A stretch of 64,000 nt of DNA from Lytechinus pictus. Lineage: Eukaryota. Position 1 is the first letter of the stretch, and each line of letters begins with the position of its first letter. A program made the translations under genes and the position numbers. The notes beneath the pieces were generated by a model. The model saw only the letters and a program-made list of their open reading frames with translations. It searched no databases and was not told where the DNA came from. The stretch is from the NCBI RefSeq assembly GCF_037042905.1, contig NC_087251.1, positions 31,622,001 to 31,686,000 on the forward strand, read 5' to 3'. Positions 50,293-61,900 of the stretch are shown here, piece by piece.

Positions 50293-52588
50293 CATAGGCG
50301 GATCCAGGGGGCCAAGGCCCCCCCTATTGGCGTAGCAAAAAAAAAGAAAAAAAGGGAAAGAAAGAAGGAAAAAGGGAAAAAGGAGGGAAAAGAGAGGAGA
50401 AAAGAATAAAAGGACGACGCGTGCATAAAATAAGATGAGGGGAAGACTTGGAAAATAAAAAGAATCTTTCGTGGCACTATATAAAATTTTCGCTCGCGCT
50501 TCGCGCTCGCATTGCCTGTTAGGTGATTTACATATCTTGTTCAATATGGAGCTCAAATATCAAGTTTGGAAGTCAATATACAAAACATATTTCACCTCGG
50601 AAATCGAACTTTCATTATTTTGTGTGATTTACAAATTGATTTTAAAAAGTGCTCTGTAAAAATGTCACTTTTATGGTCTGAATAATTTTATCAACATTTG
50701 CTGCTTGCTCGCAAATTTTGATTTATCAGGTACCTATTATTTTCGTGTATTCCATAAAGTTTTCAAAATATCCCTTTTCATGTCTGATTGTCAAGACGTA
50801 TCATCTAGCGCTGCACGCTGGCATTTTGATTGGCGAGTTATGTATGTTTCAATATTGATTATACAACAAACTACTTAAAATCCCCTTTTTATGACAGTTT
50901 ATCAAAAATTTTAGCTCGCGATTTGCGCTCGCATTAATGGTTAAAAATATATTAACTGATGCATCCAATTCATAATTACAAAGGTGAAATGTCTTGTTTT
51001 TATGCCATAATATCATCAGATTTCGCGCCCTCATTAGGCATTTAATAAATATGATATTAATTTAATAATTAAATTGTCCCTTTTGTTTTATCTCGCGCTT
51101 AGCAAGAAGAATAGGAAGATAGTCATCATTTTCATGACATGTTTCTGTTTCTGTTTGTGGTAAACTCCCGTAGGAACTCGGCAGGACAGCATTTTTTGCT
51201 GGTAAACGCCAAGCTGGTATATAACCAATTGCCTTGGAAACATTTTACGTCTAGGTTAATCAGTCATAGTGGCTGACGTAATAGACGACAGATATCACTC
51301 TTGGGCCTTTTTATCAAAGTGGAGACAATGGCAGAGTTGGGATTCAAACTCACAACCTTGCGATTATGAGTCCAATGCTCTAACCACTGGACCACACGAC
51401 CCTTACATGTCGTAAGGATGTCCCGGTCCTATGTCAAAACTCAAAGTAATAATAATTAAAATTTTAGCTCTTTTTTTTAAGTGCTATCCATATCCACCTT
51501 ACAATTTTCCTACAAAGTGCTTGAAATATAAAGCTGTAATTGACTCTTTTTTTCAGATCGGAATATCAAAGTTTCATGATTTTTCATGATTAAAGATGTA
51601 TTTAGAATGCCTAGATTCTAGGTCTAAATATGAAACACGCGCGCGCATGTTTATTCAAATACTCAACTTGTTCTCTATTTAAATCATTATCCAGTTTCAG
51701 ATCACAATATCAAAATTTTTCTGCTCGCACTTTGTGCTCGCATTATTAATGTAGGAAGCCCGGGATAGGAAGACCCCCTATTACTCATCCTTTTCATGAT
51801 TTACAAAACATTGATTTTGATTTATTTATTTTATTTAAACACGGTAAAAAGCCCTCGATCAGCCTATGGCTGTTTACAAAACATGAACAGAGTGGCCCAT
51901 TTTTAGGTCTAACTAAATCTCGATTTTTTTTCTGCTCGCGCTTCGCGCTCGCATCAATTGTTGAATTATATAGCTATCCTGTTCACGATTACAAAAATTG
52001 ATTAAAATTTTCCATTCTTTCTTTAGAAATTTTCAAAAATTTTCAGCTCGCGCTTCGCACTCGCATTTTTTGATTGTTGAAATATGTAACACCTTCATGG
52101 CTAAGTGCAAGCAGTCCTTAACAGGTACCTTTTCAACAGGTACCAGTTCAAAATGTATATAAACAAATTTTGCTCGCGCTTTGCGCTCGCATTATTAATA
52201 CTCATCCTTTTCATGATTTACAAAACATGAATAGAGTGTCTCGTTCAGAAAATATTATAGGACTAAATCTCGAAATTTTCCGCTCGCGCTTGCATCAATT
52301 GTCTACTTATATACCTATTCTGCTTGAGTTACAAAAAGTGCTTAGAATTTCCATTTTTTAGGTGAAAAGGTCACCAAAGAAAATTAGCTCGCGTTTCGCG
52401 CTCGCATCATATCAAGAAGGATTATGATATTATATATGAATTTATAAAAATAAAGCTAAGAAGTGACTAATGAGGACTACCCCTTCAAAGAAACAAACAC
52501 AAACCATATTCGAGCTGCCGATCGGGGAAAATATGGCTGAAACAAATTTCCGCCCCCCCCCTATTGGTGAAGACTGGATCCGCCCCTG
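50293..52588. mobile_element. ~2.2-kb non-autonomous hAT-like element with GCTCGCGCTTCGCGCTCGC repeats
   Basis: TIR CATAGGCGGATCCAG / CTGGATCCGCCCCTG; full-length paralog at 59855-62032. Confidence 0.85.
51143..51404 (-). mobile_element. tRNA-derived SINE
   Basis: Minus-strand head GGGTCGTGTGGTCCAGTGGTTAGAGC (A box)...CTCATAA...GTTTGAATCC (B-box-like); (AAACAG)n tail; ACATGT flanks; absent from the paralog at about 60695. Confidence 0.8.
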
Positions 52589-53492
52589 TGTCCCCCTTAC
52601 CTTTTGGGAGAGATTTCCGCCCCTGAATTTGGCCGATTCCCGGGGCTGCATTGATTATTGATTGATTGACTGATTTTGCTTTATTGATTTATTTTGAATA
52701 ATATGAATTGATTTGATTTTTTTTCATTTATATCTTCCTTATATTCATTAATGATTTATTTTGAATAAGAGGAATTCGATCGTGTTTGAATTTTATTTTG
52801 TTTGCATTTCCTTTCAGTGCGTCAACTATATTACTGCCATTTTATGTGATATTTTATATCTTTTGAAAACTTTATAAATATCATTCATTTTCAAACTTCC
52901 TCATTCTCACACGTATCACTGCATTTGAATTTCATGAATATGATGCCCCCCCCTCTGTCTCTCTCTCGATCTGCCCGCCCCGCCCCTCCCCGATCCAGCT
53001 CCCCTCTCCAGTCTTATTTATTTTCTCTTTATACAAAAAATGGAATAATAATCCTTTTGCACCAAACTCAATTCATATCTTTATAAATTGCAATAAAATT
53101 ATAACAAGATGAGTGCAAACCAAAAAATAAACATATTAATTCTTATTTCTTTAATTAAAAAGTTGCATACAGGCACATGCAGAAATTTTGTCATATGTAT
53201 TCACATATATACATGTATATATATATATTTACATAATTAAATAATTGCATATCTACAATATATTTACATATTCACATATTTATATATTCACATATTTATA
53301 TATAGGCATATTTACATATGTTTACAGACTATCATATATTTACATATTAATATAATTACTATTATTTCAAGTCTTGTCAATTAATCTGAAAATCATTGAT
53401 TCACATGTATTATACCTGCAAAAGCAAACAGGAAAAACATAAAATGTTGAAAATGCCTAGACTCAGACATCATAATATCAATCAATATTCAA

Positions 53493-54222
53493 TTAAGGTT
53501 CATTCTTGCAGCATAGACACAAGAATGGTTCTTCAAGGTTTCCACAACAGTCCAGATGCTCCCAATGTTGACAAACTTCGTTCTCACATTGAGCCCAGTC
53601 AATAATATCAGCAGAAGGTGAGGGTGGTTTATCCTGATGACATCTACAACACTGGCTTATGTTGTCTTCGTTCACATTGACTCGACTGAATTCTGATGTT
53701 TCTGCTCTGTAAATCCTGAGGAAAATGCCGTTCTCAGTAATAGCAACCCCTCCTGATTCGTAGACTGGTGCTGAACGACGCTTTTTTTTCAACTTGGAAG
53801 GTGGAGTAGGCATCTTCTTCTCCAAGAAAGCCCCGATGTTTGAAGATGCCGATGAAGAGGGACCTGCATGGGATGGATGGTGCTTCTTCGTGAACTGCTG
53901 TCACAGAACTTGGTCTGGTGATCGACCCTCTCGACATCAACTGCTGCCACATTGAATGGGTAGATTCCGGCCTTCTTGAATGCAGTTTTTAGATTGTCCT
54001 CCTTCATTGACTGAAGGAAGGACTGGCAGATGAGAGATGCCATATCATACCTTGTGATGGACTGCCCGGGTTGAGAGATGAGGAAGTCTGTGCAGGCCCT
54101 GTTATACAGTAGTGTGCCTTCATGGGTCCAAAACAGCCAATGTCAAGAGGTTGCAGAATATGGCTTGTATGGGGTGGCAAAAGGAAGAGTATGATGTTAT
54201 GGCGGCGTGCTTCTTCAATGAA
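53493..54222 (-). pseudogene. pogo/Fot1/Tigger-like (DDE_1) transposase remnant with C-terminal PHD finger
   Basis: LFLLPPHTSHILQPLDIGCFGPMK ... AFKKAGIYPFN, then CCRC...WAQCENEVCQHWEHLDC...FLCLCC; frameshifted and 5'-truncated. Confidence 0.85.
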
Positions 54223-54427
54223 ATGAAATTTTTAGAAAAATAGTGATTCGTTGGCTATTTCGTATGTTTAGAAAATATTACCGTTACTCACAAAATATCT
54301 TGATCCGAGGGACGTCTTCGTGTCGACCGGCCGAGGATACCGGTACCCAATTACGGTACCCACAATTTTCATAATACCGGTACGGTATACAAAACATGAA
54401 TAGAGTGACCCGTTTTTAGGTCCAAAT

Positions 54428-55014
54428 CCCGGGGGGGGCACTTACATTGACGAGTGGATACCATGCGCGACCAAAAAAAAACACGTAAAAGGGATGTCTT
54501 ATTTAAGATAGGGCATGTTACGTACGTAACGTAATAAATAAGGGTGTCAAAAACACTAAAATTATGAAAAAAAGGGTATCTAGTTTCGCTAGGAAAGCTA
54601 CGAGTTTAGGGTTAGAATTTGCGAGGGTATAAAAAATTAAGACTAAAATGTTTTATAAAGGATGTACTTTTTGCCCCAAGAGTCAACACTACGTGTTTAG
54701 AGTACGATTTGCGCGAGGTGTGGGAGGTAGGGCTGTACAAAACTCAATGATGTAGGTACAGGTAAAACCGACGACCGATCGCGACGTCCCTGACATAACA
54801 ATTGAATTATCGCTGTACTTGTTTAGGGGTTCGATTCAGGGAATACTTGCCAATAATATCGTTTTGTTTCCAATACTTGTTAAGGGTAGGGTTTCACACG
54901 CCAATACTTGTTAAGGGGTGCATTTTCAGAATATGGAAAATACGTGTTTAGGGTGCTTTTCGAGACCCCTTGGTCGCGCATGGTATCCACTCGTCAATGA
55001 AATTGCCCCCCGGG
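54428..55014. mobile_element. MITE with CCCGGG termini and 6-bp TSD CCAAAT
   Basis: ~45-bp TIR CCCGGGGG..CATTGACGAGTGGATACCATGCGCGACC; CCAAAT at 54422-54427 and 55015-55020. Confidence 0.9.
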
Positions 55015-55789
55015 CCAAATCCATAGACAAATAAACACTACTAGCAATGCTTGTGTCTTCTGTGATAAAAATGAAGAAAACTATAAACATTTATGTTTCA
55101 AGTGCGAAAAAATAAGAGATCTACGGAAAAACTGACATGTGGTGTTCTTTTAATCTTAATTTATATTAAAAATATAAATTGGGATCGAGGGAATTCATAT
55201 TGGTATATATATATATCTAATGTAGGGAAGGAACAGTTGGTTAATCATGTAATACTGTCAATCAAATACATGTTTTTTGTTTATAGTAGGAATGAAAATA
55301 AACCCGGCCCTCACCTCAAAAAATAAAACAAAAAATTATAGAAAATGAACATGAGGAGAAAAAACTAACAGAAGAGACGGGCACTTTAGTGCACCATCTC
55401 AGAAAATGGGGAATTTTCACCAATAGAGGTGACGAGGCAGACACGGATATCATGGATTGATAATAGTACAGGGGGCTGTGTACTTCCAAGGGTGTGTGTG
55501 TGCATGGGGGGGGGGGGGGCTGTGCGGGTGTTGGGATTGTGTGCGGTGTGTGTGGATGTGTATATGTGTTTTGTTTGTACTGGCCGTGCTTTAGATGACG
55601 GGGGAGGGGGTGTTTTGAAGACAGATTAAACTTCTCTCAGACCTTCAGTTAAATTATGCTGTATGTTCATTATGTTTAAACACTTATCAATGATGTATTT
55701 CTTTTAATATGAAAAATGAAAATGTTGTGTTGATTGTACTTTAATATATATTTTTTTTATTTTGGAGAAAAATAAAATACTGCAAACAT

Positions 55790-56105
55790 TCCTTAACACG
55801 GCCCCTTTTTGATCAGTATACGCATCGTGTTCAGGATCACAAACATTGGCATGATAGAATGTTCAATTTTCAGGTTAAAATACATGAAATTTCAAAAAAT
55901 AAATTAGCTCGCGCATCGTGCTCGCACTATTGAAATATGGCTTGTGATATTATCATATATGCTGTTTTATAAGAATATAGCTAAGAAGTGACTGTTAGGA
56001 ATACCCCTTCAAAGAAACGAAGAAAACTCAACTTTGAGCGGCCGATCGGGAAATGGGTGAAAAAAAAAATCGCCCCCCCCCCCCTATTGGCGGAAAATGG
56101 ATCCG
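55790..56105. mobile_element. 3' fragment of the GGCGGATCC-TIR family
   Basis: Colinear with 61720-62030. Confidence 0.7.
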
Positions 56106-56588
56106 AAACTGATAAAGTACATCATCTTCACAAATTCTTTGAAGAAGACGACATGGCGGCATAAAATCAACCACAAACTTTCATCCAGCAGCATTTGAGC
56201 ACATCAGAGTATAAGTCTCTTTAAAAAAAACCCGGCACCCTCGTGATGAGGGGATGATTATAACAGCTGTAAATTTGGAGTTGCTGTATAAATTTTGATA
56301 AAATATTCGTATATATATTAATCATAAAGATATCAACGTTATAGACGCGCATTTTTGCATGCCTTCTTTGCTTCAGGGATTTGCACAAAAACCTTTTATA
56401 AGAAAATACGCCATTGGGGTAAAATGGACTATAATTAAACGTATAAGGGACAAACTAAAACAGGTTTCCGTTTTGCCCTAATCCATTGGACCATTTTGCT
56501 CCAAGTACCGGTATGCATTTTACCCCAGTTGAATTTTTTTAATCGCACGCTTTAAGATCAATTGTTACGTTTGTGGTAGTTGGCAGGC

Positions 56589-56627
<39 letters not shown>

Positions 56628-57137
56628 GGGGGGGGGGGGGCCTTCGGGTCTGAAGCCCCCCCCCCCAAGAAAAAAATTATAAATATTTTTATACGGGGGA
56701 GGGGGGGGGTAGCTGCTTGTTCAGCATAAGGCTAACCACAAAAGATCATTTTCATTGTATTATAATAAACCAATGTCGAAAATTTCTCAAGCCCCCTGAA
56801 CCCCCCCCCCCCAAAAAAAAAAAAGTTTATTCTAGAACCGCGCCTGGTAGTTGGATCCTCAATATGTTCAGGTGTATTGTTCGCAGGTCGTCATAAAGCC
56901 AAGGTGGTCACTAACTATACAAGCGAAAAATTACAAGACATACACATGGAATGAAGAGGCAATGAAGAATAAATTCGAGTTTCTCTGGAATTTACACCTG
57001 GGAAATCATGAATTGTCGTTGAATTAAAAAAGTACAAACAATATTTATCTGAAATTGTCAGTGTCGTTTGAATTGTGTCGTTGATGACGGATAATGCAAG
57101 TTTTAAATGAAGTATTCCATTATGCTCCACCTACCGC

Positions 57138-57300
57138 TAGTCTGCAGGCCCACACCCTGATTGGAACTTTAATCAACAAGTGTGCCTCCACGCAAAGACT
57201 AGCACATGCAAAACTTGCTGTGAGGGCCTTCAGTCCACAAGGCATGAGTAGGCTGCAATTCAGACCCTTCACTCGAGTGAAGGTTTTGCACAGCAGACTA
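57138..57300. mobile_element. AcademH-like short element, 9-bp TSD ACCTACCGC
   Basis: TAGTCTGC...GCAGACTA termini; paralog of 42187-42351. Confidence 0.85.
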
Positions 57301-58959
57301 ACCTACCGCCGTACCGGACCGCGCCCACTCTTCAGCTTTCGGATGTCACCACCCACAATAGGGGCCTGTCTCAGAAGATCATGCGTCCATTTTTTTTTAA
57401 TACTGAAAATTATGTAACAAAATTAACCGCCAACGCCTCAACATATTAGAGATGGATGAATAAATAATGAAATGTGTTCTCCGTCACGGAAAGAAGATAA
57501 AACTATAATTGAAGAAAGGTTGAAGAAAAACTCACGAACTCCTACTTAAGTTTCATAAAATATGATCCGAATAATGCACAAACATTTTCATTTTCTATTT
57601 TTAATTTATAAAATGGTTAAACACGATTTCTTTACTTATTCCTTTCGCACATAATTGATATATGTTGATTACATTAAGAATTTGATTTTTTTCTCTTTTA
57701 TCCGTAGTCGGCACAATCGATAAGGGCGCGCTTTACATATCGTTTTGTTACCCTACGTGCTTCTAATAATGTATTTGTCAATATATATCCATATTTATTC
57801 CAAATAAAGACCTTTTGTTCTACTTCATCCTTTTCAGGATGACATCATACTCAAAGGAGCATTGACTGTTTGATAGAATTGGACAAATCTCTACCATTTA
57901 CATTAGTGTTAAAACGAACAAAAATATCAAATTGATCAGTCTTCTCTGTTTGTCTCAGAATATTTTACAACGTGCTTTCTGTATGCCTGAACTTTATAAT
58001 GAGATCCTTTTGATATTTCCGAAGGATAATATTAACTCCAATTCTTTCAATCTTTTTTCCTTGATTTCTACATTGTACAGATTCTTCTTTCTAGGTTACA
58101 GTATATCATAATCATGGACCTGCAACTATAATAGTCCGTCAGTCTCTTCTGTATATCTATCGCCTTTCTCTTGTTTGTTTTTCGTTTTCTCTTTTCCATG
58201 TTTTCCTTTCATTACTCCCCCGATCTTATTTATTTTTCATCTTTATTTCTTTTCTGTCTATGCTATTCTCATCTCTACCCTCTCTTTATTTCTTTCTTTC
58301 ATGTGGCCGGGGTCCAGCTCTTAGCTCTAAAGGGTTCTGCTAGATGCTCTCTCGTGATATCTCGGTCTAATTTTTCAATGTGATATGATGGCACTAAGTA
58401 AATAATGCAATGAATCAAATCATACATTTTTGGCTTAATAGAACTTCTTTTCATATATAATTATTCATGCATGCATATGAAATTGATAAGCCTCTATACA
58501 AAACCATACATTTTTGCGATACCTTTCGTATACAAGTGAATACATCTTATAAATACTAGGGCCTCACCTTAAAATTGACATTTCCATATCCATCTTTCCC
58601 TGGAGTAAGATTGCTCCACGTTGGTTATCAATTTAACTACTTTCTCCAATTATTTCACATAGTATTCCCAGAAACCAAAATCAAGAAAATTATAATTTTT
58701 AAATTCTAATCATGTATAGTAATCAATTCAATAAAAAAATGTAACAATATAATGTGTAGTTAGTATATTGCAAGCCTTACATGTCCTCTCCTTTTTCTAT
58801 AGAAGTAGGCCTATATTTTTTTATTATTATTCATGCATGCATGTCAAACATTTACGAGATTGCGCACAGCGTTTAAATCTCAAGTGGGAGAACTGAGATT
58901 TTGCGAAAATGGGCTTTCAGCGGGAGATCTCCCGCCAAACGCGGGAGAATTGGAGTCTC

Positions 58960-61900
58960 GATCTGCTAAACCATGTAATAGACGGGTCAATGTATGGTTT
59001 GACCCGGAACAAATTGCGACATATGATTTTTCAACTGTTTCTGGCAGTATTTGACCTCAGGAATAACATACTAAAAATCTACCAAAATCTGCATACGGGA
59101 AAGTAGTTTTTTTAAGGTGGCGTCCAAGATGGCCGCCATTCACTGAAAATGGATATAACTCACTCATTATCCACCCTAGAATCCGATTTCGGTTCATATT
59201 CCATGGTCCAGTCGGTAAACGAATTGATACAAGTTAGAGTGAATATTAGCACTCCAGGATACCAGAAAAATCCAAAATGGCTGCCGTAGGCTAAAAAATC
59301 CACAATTCATCTATTACTTAAGTGGCTTTAATTTGGTTTCTATTTAATGGTTTTGATGATGAAGTAGTACATCGGGACAAGTTACAAGGACAGCCAGTGG
59401 TCTGGTGTGTCCAAAAATCCAAGATTGTGGTTTCAAAAATTGAGTTTAAAATGGCTGTTAATACTTAAAACGGACAACCCCCCCCCCCCAACATAGTTTG
59501 TTCAATATCCGGGAATATGATTTTTGTGCCTATACCATGGCTAAATGGATCGAGACGTTGGCATAAGTTACAAGGACGATGGGTGGTCTAGTATGTCCAA
59601 AAGTCCACGGTGGCTTTAAAAAATAGTATAAATTAGCCGCTGGTATTTACAAATGGACATAGTTCATGTAATATCCGTCAAGGGCATATGATTTTGATGT
59701 CTATATACCATGGTTTTAAAAGTCAGAAAATTAGTTATAAGGACAGTCAGTGGTCCAGTTTGTCGAAAATCCAAGATGGCTTCCAAAAATCGGAGTCTAA
59801 AATGACTGCTGTTACTTCAGAAATGGACATAGTTTATTTAAAATCCACAAAGGACATAGGCGGATCCAGGGGGGGGGGGGCCGAGGAGCCCGCCCCCCCC
59901 TATTGGCGGAGCAAAAAAAAGAAAAAATGAAAAAAAAAAAAGGGGGGAAAGGAGTGAAAAGAGAGGAGAAAAAAGAAGAGGAGGAAGATGAGTGAATAAA
60001 ATAAGATGAGGGGAAGACTTGGAAAATAAAAAGAATCTTTCATGTCACTGTATACAATTTTCGCGCTCGCATTGCCTGTTAGGTGATTTTCATATCTTGT
60101 TCAATATGGAGTTTAAATATCAAGTTCGGAAGTCAATATATAATACATATTTCACCTCGGAAATCGAACTTTCATTATTTTGTGTTATATACAAATTGTT
60201 TAAAAAGTGCTTTGTAAAATGTCAGTTTTATGGTCTGAATATAAGTTTTCTGCTCGTGATGCGAGCTCGCAAATTTTGATTTATCCCCGGATTTATCAGG
60301 TACCTATTATTTTTGTGAATTCTATTAAGTTTTCAAAATATCCTTTTCAGGTCTGAAAGTCAAAACGTATCAGCTAGCGCTGCACGCTCGCATTTTGATT
60401 GGCGAGTTATGTATGTCTCAATATTGATTATACAACAAACTACTTAAAATCCCCTTTTCATGACAGTTTATCAAAAATTTTGGCTCGCGATTTGCGCTCG
60501 CATTAATGGTTAAAATATATTAACTTGGTGCATCCTATTTATAATTACACAAGTGCTTGAAATGTCCAGTTTTCAGGCCATAATATCAGATTTTGCGCCC
60601 TCAGGCATTAATAAATAAGATACTAATTCAATGATTAAATTGTTCATTTTGTTTTCAGAAGAGGAATATGAAGACAGTCATCATTTATATATGCATGTCC
60701 TATGATGTCCCGGTCCTATGTTAAAACTCAAAGTAATAATAATTAAAAGTATCAGCTCTTTATTAAGTGCGATCCATATCCACCTCACAATTTTCCTACA
60801 AAGTGCTTGAAATATAGAGCTGAAATTGACATTTTTTTCAGATCGGAATATCAAATAGTTTAAACTCGCGCTTCGCGCTCGCTTTGATTTTCATTATAAA
60901 AGATGTATTAAGAATGCCTAGATTCTATAGGTCTAAATATGAAACACGAGCGCGCATGTTTATTCAGATAGTCAACTTGTTCTCTATTTAAATCATTTTC
61001 CAGTTTCAGATCACAATATCAAAAATTTTCCGCTCACGCTTTGTGCTCGCATTATTAATGTAGGTAGACCCCCTATTACTCATTCGTTTCATGATTTACA
61101 AAACATGAATACAGTGTCCCGTTTTTAGGTCTAAATTTCGATTTTTTTTCCGCTCGCGCTTCGCGCTCGCATCAATTGTTTAGTCATATACCTATCCTGT
61201 TCACGATTACAAAAATTGATTAAAATTTTACATTCTTTTTGTTGAAAAGTCAAAAATTTTCAGCTCGCGCTTCGCGCTCACATTATTTGATTGTTGAAAT
61301 ATGTAACGTCTTCATGGCTAAGTGCAAGCAGTCCTTAACAGGTACATTTTCGATCAGTTCAAAACGTATATAAACAATATCTGCTCGAATTATTAATGTA
61401 AGGAAGATCCCCACTTACTCATCCTTTTCATGATTTACAAAACCTGAATAGAGTGTCTCGTTAAGTAGGTTTAAATCTCGAATTTTTCCGCTCGCGCATC
61501 ATTATTGTTTAGTTATACACCTATTCTGTTTAAGTTACAAAAGTGCTTAGAATTTCCATTCCGTAGGTAAAATTGTCAAAAAATTTCAGCTCGCGCTTCG
61601 CGCTCGCATTATTCAATTTTTGAAATATGTAGCGTCTTCATGGCTAACTGCAAGCAGTCTTTAATAGTACCTTTTCCATCAGTTCGTTTCTGCTCGCGCT
61701 TCACGTTCGTAGTAATTTTTCATTTGCATACGCATCTTTTTCAGGATAACAAACATTGCCCAGAATGTTCAAGATTTTAGAAAAAAAAACATAATATTTC
61801 CCCAAAAAAAATTAGCTCGCGCTTCGCGCTCGCATTGCATATATAAGGATTATGGTATTATATATTTATGTTTATTCATAAGAATAAAGCTAAGAAGTGA

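Larger units (their letters stand above)
50053..52625. mobile_element. hAT-like element with 8-bp TSD AATTTGGC (host of 50293-52588)
   Basis: CATGGGCGAAAATC ... GATTTCCGCCCCTG; identical 8-bp flanks. Confidence 0.85.

Noticed and set aside
51330..51402. tRNA-Met-like gene on the minus strand
   Set aside because: Acceptor stem does not pair well, the T-loop is degenerate, and it is followed by a SINE body and repeat tail.
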